Source: Candidatus Nanoarchaeia archaeon (GTDB lineage Archaea > Nanobdellota > Nanobdellia > Woesearchaeales > UBA10216). From it: a DNA stretch of 64,000 nt. The notes under the pieces are model-generated. The model saw only the letters and a program-made list of their open reading frames with translations, did no database searches and had not been told where the DNA came from. The stretch is taken from contig JANQSZ010000016.1 in assembly GCA_028279045.1 (NCBI GenBank), positions 6,333-70,332 of the forward strand, in the 5' to 3' direction. The position numbers and the translations under genes are program-made. This document shows, in pieces, positions 10,307 through 20,288 of this stretch (position 1 is its first letter; each line of letters opens with the position of its first letter).

Positions 10307-10314
10307 TTTATAAT
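10307..10314 (+). promoter_or_regulatory. TATA box (TTTATAAT) about 20 nt upstream of the PfkB-kinase ATG. The transcript is probably leaderless.
   Basis: AT-rich octamer at the archaeal TATA distance. Confidence 0.35.
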
Positions 10315-10334
10315 ACTGGGCTCTTTCGCAGCAC

Positions 10335-11231
10335 ATGGTTGATATTGTTATGGTCGGAACCGTCGCTCTTGATAGCGTCAAAACTCCTTTTGGTCAGAAA
10401 GATGACATTCTAGGTGGCTCAGCTACCTATGGCTCCTATGCTGCTTCGTTTTTTGCGCAGCCGGGCATCGTTGCCGTTGTTGGCGACGATTTCCCGCAAG
10501 ATAATTTGCAACTACTAAAAGAAAAAGGAATTTCAACAGACGGCATTGAAGTCTCGGGCAAAACATTTCGCTGGTCTGGCGAGTACGAGTTTGATATGAA
10601 CGAAGCAAAAACGCTCGACACTCAATTAAACGCGTTAGCAACCTTCTCTCCGAAGATTCCTGAAGAATACAAAGAAGCAAAATTCTTGTTCCTTGCCAAT
10701 ATTGATCCGAATTTACAACTCGCTGTCCTAGAACAAACAAACGCAGACTTCGTCATGCTAGACAGCATGAATTTCTGGATTGAAAGCGCTCGCGACAAAT
10801 TGCTGGAAGTCATCAGCAAAGTCGATGTCTTATTATTGAACGATGGCGAGGCACGTCAATTGTTCAACACTGCTAATTTAGTAAAAGCGGCAAAGCAAGC
10901 GATGGACCTCGGTCCAAAGTATGTCATTTTCAAGAAAGGCGAACACGGTGCTCTCTTATTTAGTGATGGTAAAGTGTTTAACGCTCCCGGCTACCCCTTG
11001 GAAGACTTGAAAGATCCAACAGGTGCTGGCGATTCATTTGCAGGTGCTTTTATAGGCTATATTGCAAAAACAAAAGATTTATCAGAGCCGAACATTCGCA
11101 AAGCTGTAGTATACGGCAGCGTGGTTGCCTCTTTTAATGTGGAGGATTTCAGCTTGGAAAATATGAAACGCCTCTCGTTGGAAAAAATTGAGCAAAGATT
11201 TAATGAAATGCAGGAGCTTAGAAGCTTCTAA
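10335..11231 (+). CDS. PfkB-family (ribokinase-like) sugar or nucleoside kinase.
   Basis: PfkB signature DPTGAGDSFAGAFIGY near the C-terminus; the N-terminus carries a GG motif. Confidence 0.8.
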   Translation: MVDIVMVGTVALDSVKTPFGQKDDILGGSATYGSYAASFFAQPGIVAVVGDDFPQDNLQLLKEKGISTDGIEVSGKTFRWSGEYEFDMNEAKTLDTQLNALATFSPKIPEEYKEAKFLFLANIDPNLQLAVLEQTNADFVMLDSMNFWIESARDKLLEVISKVDVLLLNDGEARQLFNTANLVKAAKQAMDLGPKYVIFKKGEHGALLFSDGKVFNAPGYPLEDLKDPTGAGDSFAGAFIGYIAKTKDLSEPNIRKAVVYGSVVASFNVEDFSLENMKRLSLEKIEQRFNEMQELRSF

Positions 11232-11240
11232 AGGTAGAAA

Positions 11241-12515
11241 ATGGAAACACTAACTGAAACCCAAAATTATGTTGTTAAGGATATTTCCCTTGCTGAGCAA
11301 GGTCGCAAAAATCTCGCCTGGGCAGAATTGCAAATGGGCGGCTTGTTGAAAGTTCGTCAACGATTATCGCAAGAAAAGCCTTTCGCAGGTATCAAGATCG
11401 GCCTGGCTTTGCACATTACAAAAGAGACCGGTGTTCTTGTACGAACAATGGTTGCTGGTGGTGCAGATGTTGCTATTGCTTCTTGCAATCCGCTAAGTAC
11501 ACAAGATGACATCGCAGCTGCGTTAGCAGAAGAAAATGTCAAAGTCTTCGGCTACAAAGGCGAAACAGATGAAGATTACTACAGGTTTTTAGAAAACGTC
11601 ATTAAAACAGAGCCAAACATTACGATTGATGATGGTATGGACCTTGTTCAAATTATACACCAAAAGTATCCGCATCTAATTCCTAATATTATTGGTGGTG
11701 CAGAAGAAACAACGACCGGCGTTATCCGTTTGAAGGCAATGGAAGCTGACGGTGCACTAAAGTATCCTATTGTAGCTGTTAACGATTCCAAAACAAAACA
11801 CTTGATGGATAACATTAAAGGAACCGGGCAATCTACGTTCGACGGTATTCTCCGTGCTTCTAATGTTATTGTTGCCGGCAAGACTGTTGTCGTTGTTGGT
11901 TACGGAAACTGTGGTAAGGGAGTTGCAAAACGAGCGCAAGGCATGGATGCAAATGTTATTGTTACCGAAGTTGATCATTTTGCTGCATTGCAAGCAGCAA
12001 TGGATGGGTTTAGAGTTATGCCAATGGCAGAAGCGTGCAAGCTCGGTGATATTTTTGTAACCTTAACCGGCAATAAGCATGTTATTGATACACATCACGC
12101 AGAACAGATGAAAGATGGTGCTGTTGTTGCAAACTCCGGCCACTTTGATATCGAAATTAATGTGGCAGGTATGAAAGAACGCGCAACTGGTGTAAAGAGA
12201 GTTCGTCCTTTCTTAGATGAATTCACAATGCCTTCTGGAAACCGCATCTATTTATGCGCAGAAGGACGGTTGGTTAATTTAGCAGCAGCTGAAGGCCACC
12301 CTTCAACAATCATGAGCATGTCGTTCATGAATCAGTGCTTCGCTGCTGAGTTCTTGTTGAAGAACCGCGGTCAACTCGAACCGAAGGTCTACGTTCTCCC
12401 AGAAGAAAAGGACCAAGAAGTGTCCAAGTTGCAACTTGAGGCAATGAACGTCCAAATCGACACACTAACACCTGAGCAGATCAAGTATCTGAATTCTTGG
12501 GATGAGGGAACGTAA
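11241..12515 (+). CDS. ahcY: S-adenosyl-L-homocysteine hydrolase.
   Basis: Full-length SAHH with an NAD-binding GYGxxGKG motif (VVVVGYGNCGKGVA) and a conserved N-terminus. Confidence 0.95.
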   Translation: METLTETQNYVVKDISLAEQGRKNLAWAELQMGGLLKVRQRLSQEKPFAGIKIGLALHITKETGVLVRTMVAGGADVAIASCNPLSTQDDIAAALAEENVKVFGYKGETDEDYYRFLENVIKTEPNITIDDGMDLVQIIHQKYPHLIPNIIGGAEETTTGVIRLKAMEADGALKYPIVAVNDSKTKHLMDNIKGTGQSTFDGILRASNVIVAGKTVVVVGYGNCGKGVAKRAQGMDANVIVTEVDHFAALQAAMDGFRVMPMAEACKLGDIFVTLTGNKHVIDTHHAEQMKDGAVVANSGHFDIEINVAGMKERATGVKRVRPFLDEFTMPSGNRIYLCAEGRLVNLAAAEGHPSTIMSMSFMNQCFAAEFLLKNRGQLEPKVYVLPEEKDQEVSKLQLEAMNVQIDTLTPEQIKYLNSWDEGT

Positions 12516-12518
12516 GTT

Positions 12519-12536
12519 CCTTTTTTTTCTCAGATT
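12519..12536 (+). terminator. Poly-T tract (CCTTTTTTTTTCTC) after ahcY; archaeal-type terminator.
   Basis: T-run directly after the stop codon. Confidence 0.35.
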
Positions 12537-12642
12537 TATTTTCAATATGGAAAATAAGTTTAAAACCAATCCGAAAACTTTATAAGGAATGAGTATACTA
12601 ATGTACCAAAATACTATACTATTAGACTCAAGAGGTGATTTG

Positions 12643-13137
12643 ATGAAGAAAGGACAAGCAGCTATGGAGTTCTTGATGACATATGGCTGGGCCATACTTG
12701 TCGTTCTCGCAGCTATTGCCGCCCTCGCATTCTTTGGTGTACTCGACTTAGGGAGAATCTTGCCAGAGACATGTAACTCAAGCGGTGGTGTAACCTGTGT
12801 AGACAAGCCGGTTATCTATCAAGACAACGATATTATTCAGCTTGCTATCAGAAACAACATTGGTCGTTCTGCCGCTATTATCGGTGCAACAACACAAGCA
12901 GGAGATGACTGTACAGTCTCAGACTATAACGTCTATCTCTCCGGCGTGGCACAGGGTGACGACGTACCAACGATGGTAGACAACGGTGAATTGGCTTTGC
13001 TAAACATTACGTGTGCTAACATTAATGATAACTCACGTATCAAGTCCGATATTACGGTAACATACCGTGACAACGAGACTACGCAAACCCACCCAATTGT
13101 ATTCAACGTAAGAGGTCGTTCTACTGTTTCCAGTTAG
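12643..13137 (+). CDS. Type IV prepilin (class III signal peptide). The probable major pilin of the downstream pilus operon.
   Basis: MKKGQAAMEFLMTYGWAILVVLAAIAALAFF prepilin N-terminus. GAGGTGA Shine-Dalgarno 4 nt upstream of the ATG at 12643. Confidence 0.75.
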   Translation: MKKGQAAMEFLMTYGWAILVVLAAIAALAFFGVLDLGRILPETCNSSGGVTCVDKPVIYQDNDIIQLAIRNNIGRSAAIIGATTQAGDDCTVSDYNVYLSGVAQGDDVPTMVDNGELALLNITCANINDNSRIKSDITVTYRDNETTQTHPIVFNVRGRSTVSS

Positions 13138-13196
13138 AACGATTTTCTTTTTTTCTTTTCATTATCTTTAAATACTCCGTTCCTTCTTAGAGACGT

Positions 13197-13604
13197 ATGA
13201 AAAAGGGGCAGATATCAGTAGAGTATGTAACCATCATGGGCTTTGCCTTCTTACTCACCATCCCGCTCGTTTTTCTCTTTTACATGAACACTCATTCTGC
13301 CCATCAGCAAGTAGATGTTACTCAGGCAGAGCGAGTACTCAAGAAAGTAGTGGAAACAGCTGATCAAATGCATAATCTCGGTGAACCTTCATTCACCACA
13401 GTCCGTGCCTTCATCCCGAATGATGTTGAAGAAATCCGTATTGAAGGGAGAAATCTCATTTTTGTCATAGATCGCGGCCAAGTCCAAGCAGAGCTGGTCG
13501 ATGTTGCTCAAGTAAACTTAACCGGCAGCATTTCTGCAAATCCAGGCACTCATTTTATCCGGGTTGAGGCAGTTGACGATTATGTCGTCTTGTCTGATAC
13601 ATGA
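13197..13604 (+). CDS. Type IV pilin-like protein (class III signal peptide MKKGQISVEYVTIMGFAFLLTI).
   Basis: KKGQ cleavage motif followed by a hydrophobic helix. Confidence 0.7.
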   Translation: MKKGQISVEYVTIMGFAFLLTIPLVFLFYMNTHSAHQQVDVTQAERVLKKVVETADQMHNLGEPSFTTVRAFIPNDVEEIRIEGRNLIFVIDRGQVQAELVDVAQVNLTGSISANPGTHFIRVEAVDDYVVLSDT

Positions 13605-13981
13605 AAGCGCAAGTAGCAGTGGAATTTCTGTATGTCATGGCATTCATAATGATAATTGGCGGCGTGTTGATTGCTGTTGTCGGTAATGAAATCGGTGACA
13701 AGAAAGATCAAGAGCTTCTCCGAGAAGTCCGCGATGAAGCTCGCAAAGCGCGTCAAGAAGTGTTTATTGCTGCTGATGTCGAAGATGGCTATCAACGCGA
13801 GTTTGAAGTCCCACAACGCGTTAACAATCAAGAGTACAACCTAACGATCTCCGACAATACCTTAAGCGCATTTTCTGGTGTGATTGGTGTGGTGTACAGT
13901 GCTCCAACAGTACAGGGTCAGTTTCAAAAAGGAACCAACACGATTCGCCGTGAAGGAGGTGTTATTCATCTCAACTCGTAA
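13601..13981 (+). CDS. Type IV pilin-like protein (MKAQVAVEFLYVMAFIMIIGGVLIA).
   Basis: Class III signal peptide; its start overlaps the previous stop (ATGA). Confidence 0.65.
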   Translation: MKAQVAVEFLYVMAFIMIIGGVLIAVVGNEIGDKKDQELLREVRDEARKARQEVFIAADVEDGYQREFEVPQRVNNQEYNLTISDNTLSAFSGVIGVVYSAPTVQGQFQKGTNTIRREGGVIHLNS

Positions 13982-14513
13982 AGCGCAGACCTGGTATCTG
14001 GATTTGATCATCGCTTTGGTGATATTCAGCGCAGCTCTCATCATTTACCTCCGTGTGTATGGCGATCTTAACGACATCCAAGACGAACGTTTAGATGAAT
14101 TAACCTACGACGCAAATGTTATTGCAGACTCCTTGCTCAGTCCTGGCTATCCTGCTGATTGGACTCAGATCGATGTAGAGCGCATCGGCCTGCTAACTGA
14201 CGGCTCACTAGATCTCAACAAGCACGCAATGTTCAACAATACAGATCTGTCTACCGGGAGGTTTATTTTCGGAACGCGATTCGACTATCTTGTCTACTTC
14301 AAAGATAAAGAAAGTCATGTTCTGTATCTGGATACGTGCGCAGTTGGCAGTTCAGAAGTCGTAGTTACGAATTACACAGAGTTTTTTTGCAATAATGTAT
14401 CAACTTCAACAATTTCATCAGATCATTTAGTAAAAACAGAACGGCTTGTTCCGTACAATGGAGATTTTATCAGCATGGTGGTGTTACTTTGGGAAAGAAA
14501 GGTTACTTCCTAA
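13959..14513 (+). CDS. Pilin-like protein, possibly with a GTG start (..RKAQTWYLDLIIALVIFSAALIIY). Start uncertain.
   Basis: KAQ followed by a hydrophobic helix resembles a prepilin N-terminus. The ORF-track ATG start would overlap the upstream gene by about 100 nt. Confidence 0.45.
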   Translation: MLFISTRKAQTWYLDLIIALVIFSAALIIYLRVYGDLNDIQDERLDELTYDANVIADSLLSPGYPADWTQIDVERIGLLTDGSLDLNKHAMFNNTDLSTGRFIFGTRFDYLVYFKDKESHVLYLDTCAVGSSEVVVTNYTEFFCNNVSTSTISSDHLVKTERLVPYNGDFISMVVLLWERKVTS

Positions 14514-17500
14514 GCATGGATGCAACATTCGCAGCTATTCTCCTACTCACAGGTATTTTGGTCATGTCTGTATTCTTGTTGAATGAAGAAAACATCCTTT
14601 CTGTTGAGCCAGTTTCCGAGGACGTTGCCGCTGCGGTATCAAATGTTAAAGTGCAAGACCTCAACAACAGTTTAGCTGCCCAAATGGTTGCGCTCGGTCA
14701 GTTAGAAACCAAAAACAGAAGTATTGTTGAAGAGGTTGGCCGTCTCTGGTCGGAAAACAACACAGTTGTTGCTCGTGACTTGCTAGAAAACTTAACAGAA
14801 GGTCTTGTTCCCGAGCAGTTCGGTTACGGTTTCTATATCAACGGCGATCCAATTTACGAGAGCAACATCACCGAAACTCCAGATGTCTTAATTTCTACAA
14901 AAAGGCTTATCTCCGGTATCGCCAAAGATAAACCGTTCGAAGGTTTCTCATCCCGTCTTGTTATCAGTGATTTTGACAGCAGAACAACCCGCACCTACGG
15001 TTACTATGGCGGTTTTGAAGGCCAAGGAAATTTGAGCAAGAAACTGTTTTTAGCAGAAAACATTACAACCATCAACGAAGCATATCTTGAGGGTGCAGTG
15101 AGTAATAATTTCTCGCTCTTCATCAACGGTCAGTTTGCCGGTCACTACATTATTGGAAGTGCTGGCGGTGGCGCCTTACAAGCAGATAAATGGACGCTCA
15201 ACGACTCCTACCTCTCATTATTTCAAGAAGGCGAAAACGAAATTAACGTGACGTTTAACGAGTCTGGTTTCGGTTTCTTCGGCGGCGGGTTTATCCGCGT
15301 CACCTATAACACGCCTGACTTGAACGATACCACAGTGATGTACGCAGTCAACGATCAGCTTAATCAGCGAGAGTGGCTTCCCGGCATTATCGGTTTCGTA
15401 AATTTGTTCTCATCCCTTTATGTTCCTGGCACAATTCAGAGTATGTCTGCTATGCTGCACTATGAAAGCAATCTAACGACGTTCGTGAATATTGGTAATA
15501 CGACCGTCTACGTCAATAGTTCTGGCGGGGAATTATTCCTACCATTGACAAACGCCCATCTCGATTCTCTTCTCGATTACAATGACTTGTCTGATGTTAC
15601 AGTTCCGATTCGTGTTGCTAGTACCGCAGACAACATCAGCGTTACACAAGGATTGGGAAACGGAGACATCTTTTTAGTTAATGACCTAAGTGGATCCATG
15701 CAGTGGTGTGCAGAAGATGGTTGTTCAACGAGCTCAGAAAGCTTGTACGATTTCTGTGGTTCCTACGATCCATGGTCTGCATCTAGCGGATCTCGTTGCG
15801 ATAATTACGACGAGGAATACACCCTACCATCGACAGATCAGCTCGTGTGTAGCAGCAAGTGGCACAGTAATTGCATCGCTCCTGATATTCCTAAGATTGA
15901 AAGCGCACGCAACGCAACCCGTGCTTTCATTAATACCGTAACAAATACAACAGGAAACAGAATGGGTCTTGTTGAGTATACAGATAGCGACAACAGAATT
16001 TTGCACGTTGTTGACAACTTTACTGATTTTGATTATCATCCAATCCAGTTGGAGGATGATCTCACTAACTTAAACAATTGGAACGTTGATCCTGCATGGG
16101 ATCAGAACGGTTGTAGCCCTGCTGGTTGTGCGCATGCAGATAATTTCGGTGGTGACAACTTGCAATTAACAAACGGTCTTGATTTATCAGATTCCTTTGC
16201 CGGCGGTGTCGGCTTCCAGTACAGAGAATCTGGCAGTCTCGAGTCCAGCGATTGTCTGCAGTACGAGTTGTACGACGGTTCCTCTTGGAGTAGCACCGGA
16301 ACTGTGTTTTGTAACGACGTCGGGTCCAGCTACCTGCAAGCCACAATTACTCTCGGCTCGCAGTATATGACTGACGATTTCCGTTTCCGGTTTACGGGTA
16401 CAAATTTTGGTGGGAGTGGAGAAGAAGTGTATGTCGATGATTTTGTTGCCTACGCAACCTATTCTGCTGGTTGGCACAACATCGATACCGATGATTATGA
16501 TTGGACTCTTGATTCTAGTGGCACGCCAAGCAGCAACACCGGGCCGAGCGATGATGTGTTTGGCGGCGGTAATTACATTTACTTCGAAACATCCGATCCT
16601 GTTGTGAGTGGAGACGAAGCAATCTTAGTAAGTATGGAGATTGACTTTGATGAAAATGTACACGAAACAATTTCCTTCTATTATCATATGTACGGTGCGT
16701 CCATGGGAACATTGTATCTCGAACAAAACACTTCTGGTTCTTGGTCCAGTCTATGGTCGTTATCCGGTAATCAGGGCAATCAATGGTTAAACACCTCGGT
16801 CGATCTTTCTGGTTTGACAGGGACAGGTAACTTGCGGTTCCGTGGTGTGGACAGCACAAGTTATCAATCTGACTTTGCGCTGGATAATATTGATTTAACC
16901 TGGAGCCAAGTCGGCTACGGCCAAACAGATCCATTCCCTGACGGTATTGTTGGTTCGCAACCATTAACGGGCAACAACATTACTCTTCTCGATCACGTGG
17001 ACAAGTTCATGAATCACACGTTCTGGGGAACATGTATCTGTTGTGGTGTTCTTGAGGCGCACAGCGCATTACAATCCCAAGCAGGTGTGGGAAGAAATTG
17101 GAACATGGTTGTGATGAGCGACGGTATCGCAAACGAACAATGTCCTTCCGTCAATACAGGAAGTTCAAGTGGTGATGCAATTCAAGCTGCTCAAGATGCA
17201 TGTACTGATGACAATATTACCGTTTACACCGTCGGCTTTGGAAGCGATGTTGACGAATCAACGCTACAATCCATGACTGCCTGTGGCGGTGAATATTATT
17301 TTGCCGACAACGCGTCTGCGTTAATTGATGCTTTCAACCAGATCGCAAGCCAGATCGTTTCTTTAACGTTTGTCGAGCAAGAAATTACCGTCAGCGGCAA
17401 CAACACAGAAGGTTCTCTTTCCTGGCTGTACCCTGATTCCTATATCGAAATAAATTACACACCGTCGGTAAACAGACCGTTTGGTACGATCCCATTCCGG

Positions 17501-18157
17501 TTGGAAAGCGATCGCCTTGGTAATAACGTGACGAACGGCACCCTGAACATTCCGCAAAATATCACCGTTGAAAGATTATCCGTAACATCGTATTCAGATC
17601 AGTTCTGGACCGATAACGTGACACTAACCAATGCTAATGGATATTGGCAAGTGTTCGAGCTCGGACTACTTTCTACGAATTACATCCCTCTTGGAGATCC
17701 GTATCTTGTTGATGTTCCTGCTGGACTTGTCATTCAAGGTGATAACCATATTCACGTCAGCACAGGATTCTCTCCTGTAAATGCAACCGGCGGCTCGATT
17801 GATGATCGTTTCATTTACACAATTTCCGCTCCGAATTCAGTTGGTTACGGTGGCGTATTTAGTGTGAGTGATGGTTGTCAATGGTTCATTGCGTTCGAAG
17901 ACAGCACAAACGCAACCATTACCGTCCCGCAAACCTATAACGGTTCCAATCAATGTAATTTCCAAACAGCAACGTACAACTACCAAGATTCTTTTGATGA
18001 TGCAGCATTCCGATTATTCTCATTATATGATTTTGATGACGACGGACTACTCGATATTACGTTTGCCGATGAGGATTTGGCATTTGATGCCGTTTCCCAG
18101 TCCGGTGTTCCATCGTTGTGGGGTCCGAGCGTCTTCGAAGTGAGGGTGTGGCAATGA
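14489..18157 (+). CDS. Giant pilin-like surface adhesin (1222 aa). It has a prepilin-like N-terminus and a vWA domain (MIDAS DLSGSM) whose two halves are separated by two tandem MAM/ConA-like domains (FYYHMYGASMGTLYLE).
   Basis: MGKKGYFLSMDATFAAILLLTGILV N-terminus. DIFLVNDLSGSM, and later VVMSDGIANE...ITVYTVGFG vWA halves. MAM signature around DDYDWTLDSSGTP...FYYHMYG. Confidence 0.75.
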   Translation: MGKKGYFLSMDATFAAILLLTGILVMSVFLLNEENILSVEPVSEDVAAAVSNVKVQDLNNSLAAQMVALGQLETKNRSIVEEVGRLWSENNTVVARDLLENLTEGLVPEQFGYGFYINGDPIYESNITETPDVLISTKRLISGIAKDKPFEGFSSRLVISDFDSRTTRTYGYYGGFEGQGNLSKKLFLAENITTINEAYLEGAVSNNFSLFINGQFAGHYIIGSAGGGALQADKWTLNDSYLSLFQEGENEINVTFNESGFGFFGGGFIRVTYNTPDLNDTTVMYAVNDQLNQREWLPGIIGFVNLFSSLYVPGTIQSMSAMLHYESNLTTFVNIGNTTVYVNSSGGELFLPLTNAHLDSLLDYNDLSDVTVPIRVASTADNISVTQGLGNGDIFLVNDLSGSMQWCAEDGCSTSSESLYDFCGSYDPWSASSGSRCDNYDEEYTLPSTDQLVCSSKWHSNCIAPDIPKIESARNATRAFINTVTNTTGNRMGLVEYTDSDNRILHVVDNFTDFDYHPIQLEDDLTNLNNWNVDPAWDQNGCSPAGCAHADNFGGDNLQLTNGLDLSDSFAGGVGFQYRESGSLESSDCLQYELYDGSSWSSTGTVFCNDVGSSYLQATITLGSQYMTDDFRFRFTGTNFGGSGEEVYVDDFVAYATYSAGWHNIDTDDYDWTLDSSGTPSSNTGPSDDVFGGGNYIYFETSDPVVSGDEAILVSMEIDFDENVHETISFYYHMYGASMGTLYLEQNTSGSWSSLWSLSGNQGNQWLNTSVDLSGLTGTGNLRFRGVDSTSYQSDFALDNIDLTWSQVGYGQTDPFPDGIVGSQPLTGNNITLLDHVDKFMNHTFWGTCICCGVLEAHSALQSQAGVGRNWNMVVMSDGIANEQCPSVNTGSSSGDAIQAAQDACTDDNITVYTVGFGSDVDESTLQSMTACGGEYYFADNASALIDAFNQIASQIVSLTFVEQEITVSGNNTEGSLSWLYPDSYIEINYTPSVNRPFGTIPFRLESDRLGNNVTNGTLNIPQNITVERLSVTSYSDQFWTDNVTLTNANGYWQVFELGLLSTNYIPLGDPYLVDVPAGLVIQGDNHIHVSTGFSPVNATGGSIDDRFIYTISAPNSVGYGGVFSVSDGCQWFIAFEDSTNATITVPQTYNGSNQCNFQTATYNYQDSFDDAAFRLFSLYDFDDDGLLDITFADEDLAFDAVSQSGVPSLWGPSVFEVRVWQ

Positions 18158-19089
18158 ACAAGCGTGGTATTTTCTTCACGTTGACCGCAATTTTTCTCTT
18201 GGGTTTGATGTTGTTCATTATCCTTGCCCAGCAAGAACGTCGTGATAGTGACGACGTGGCTGCATTGACAATTAAAATCAGGGCAATGAACGAGTTTGTC
18301 AAAAGCGTTGACGAAGATTTAGAGCGTGGTCTGTTTATCACCGGCTTTCGCGCGTTTCTTGGCATTCAGCAGCATATTGCTACGCAAGGATCCTATCTTG
18401 CTGATACAGAAAGTCAATTTAGAGAAGCGCTAGTGAATGGTACAGTGCTCAGCGCACATCTCGATATCATGAATGACAGTACTTTTGTTAATTGGACAAC
18501 AAGGATCGCAGGTGAAGCAGGACAACTGGGCTTGGATGTGAATTTCACTGTAGATCAGATTGATATCTATCATTCAGAGCCCTGGATAGTCAGCGTTGAT
18601 GCAACAGTAACCATGAACGTGACCGATTCTTCCCAAACCGCATTCTGGGTTCAGCAGCGCACGATCCAGACCAACATCAGTGTTGATGGCTTAGAGGATC
18701 CGCTGTATCTAGTTGAGACAGGCGGTGTCATTACAAGGGTCATCAACAGAACAATCTATGAAGGCGCGTATGTGCAGGATGCAGATACCAGCAATCTCAC
18801 CCTGCAAGTTGCCGGCAAGTACTATACAAATTCAACCGGCCCGAGCTATTTGATGCGTTTGGAGGGTAATTTGTCCAATTCTACGAACAATATGGGTATT
18901 GAAGGGTTTGTGTTCATCCCAGATCTGATCGATCAGGGCATTACCACGTTTGAGCGCAGTAGTGTAGACTACATTTACTATGGCAATGACTCTCCAACTC
19001 TCTATACGATCAATGAGACCTTTGAGAGCTGGTTCCGTTTGGATGGGAACCATTTGACCCCATATCAGGCGCAAAATAGCACGATCTAA
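18154..19089 (+). CDS. Pilin-like protein (MNKRGIFFTLTAIFLLGLMLFII class III signal). Probably a minor pilin.
   Basis: Prepilin-type N-terminus; ATGA overlap with the upstream gene. Confidence 0.65.
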   Translation: MNKRGIFFTLTAIFLLGLMLFIILAQQERRDSDDVAALTIKIRAMNEFVKSVDEDLERGLFITGFRAFLGIQQHIATQGSYLADTESQFREALVNGTVLSAHLDIMNDSTFVNWTTRIAGEAGQLGLDVNFTVDQIDIYHSEPWIVSVDATVTMNVTDSSQTAFWVQQRTIQTNISVDGLEDPLYLVETGGVITRVINRTIYEGAYVQDADTSNLTLQVAGKYYTNSTGPSYLMRLEGNLSNSTNNMGIEGFVFIPDLIDQGITTFERSSVDYIYYGNDSPTLYTINETFESWFRLDGNHLTPYQAQNSTI

Positions 19090-19126
19090 AGAAAGGCTTT
19101 TAAAAGGGAAATACTCAGGTAACTCT

Positions 19127-20278
19127 ATGCAGGGGACGATTCTCACAGGAGTAGATAAGTTAGTAAACCTTATTGAAGAGAAGAATCGAATTTCTATGCA
19201 GGATGCAGCAAAGCAGCTTGCAGTTCCAAAGGTGGTTGTGGAGGAATGGGCCAATTTCCTACAGGAAAAGGGAATCATCCATGTTGAGTATAAATTTGCA
19301 ACTCCGTATTTGGTAAATCAAGGCGTTCCTAAGAAAGAAGTCACAAAGCGCAGTAAAGAAGTCAAGAGCGCGCAAGAAGGTTTTCTCCGTAAAGTTGAAT
19401 CAATGTTGCAGTTCATTGAAAAAGAAACAGCTGGGTTAAAGAAAGTTCGCGCAGAATTCCATGCGTTAAGCGATGAAGTAGAAGAGGATGTGAAAAAGAT
19501 TCGTGGTGAACTGGAGACATTGGAAGATTACGAAAAGATGAAGCGCGGTGTTGATCGTGAAATTATCGAACAACAGACACAATTTCATTCTGATATGAAA
19601 TCCATTGAGAAAGATGTTCTCAAAAATAAAACAGAGTACGATAAACTAGTCAAGAGCATTTCTAAAAACGAAGTTGAGATTGATAAAGAAATCAAAACTA
19701 TGGAGTTAAGCAAGAAGAATCACAAAAACATACAATCTCGATTGGATAATTTTGAAAAAGTGATCAAGGATCTCAAGAAACGCGTTGACACCGAGGACAG
19801 TTACCTCGACAAGAAGGGAAAAGACCTTGCAGACCTTCATCGCCACGCAAAGAAGATGAAGGAAACTATCAAAGCAAGAGAAAAAAATATTCATCCTCTC
19901 ATACATAAGAGAAAGAAGCAGGAGCAAAAAGTATTCAACCTCCAAGATAAAATTGTAGCGAGGTTTAGCGGAAAATCAGCAAGAGTAAAGGCATCAGAGC
20001 GAGTTGGAAGCGATGCGAAACGAAAGTTTGAGAAGTTCTTTAGCGAGAAAGTAAAGGTAGACATTCTCATGGACAAAATTGATATCGATATTGAGAAGTT
20101 GAAGGTTGACTTAATGTCAATCAAGCAAGAAGCAAAAGCGATTGATCTTGCAACGAAAAGCAAGCAGACGAGCCAAATCACAAAGGATCTACAAACAAAA
20201 TTCAATGAAGTTGAAAGAAAGAGAAAGAAATTCGAGTCAGAAATCATTGCATTAGGAAAACTCATACAGGGGAAGTGA
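19127..20278 (+). CDS. Winged-helix plus long coiled-coil protein directly upstream of the pilus ATPase (UpsX/AapX-like accessory position).
   Basis: N-terminal wHTH-like segment LVNLIEEKNRISMQDAAKQLAVPKVVVEEW; the remainder is a K/E-rich coiled coil. Confidence 0.6.
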   Translation: MQGTILTGVDKLVNLIEEKNRISMQDAAKQLAVPKVVVEEWANFLQEKGIIHVEYKFATPYLVNQGVPKKEVTKRSKEVKSAQEGFLRKVESMLQFIEKETAGLKKVRAEFHALSDEVEEDVKKIRGELETLEDYEKMKRGVDREIIEQQTQFHSDMKSIEKDVLKNKTEYDKLVKSISKNEVEIDKEIKTMELSKKNHKNIQSRLDNFEKVIKDLKKRVDTEDSYLDKKGKDLADLHRHAKKMKETIKAREKNIHPLIHKRKKQEQKVFNLQDKIVARFSGKSARVKASERVGSDAKRKFEKFFSEKVKVDILMDKIDIDIEKLKVDLMSIKQEAKAIDLATKSKQTSQITKDLQTKFNEVERKRKKFESEIIALGKLIQGK

Positions 20279-20288
20279 GGGGAAATAC

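Noticed and set aside
15690-19278. Antisense or out-of-frame ORFs inside the giant adhesin and the downstream pilin (15690-15941, 16515-16964, 18832-19278).
   Set aside because: They are embedded in longer, motif-supported genes on the plus strand and have no motifs of their own.
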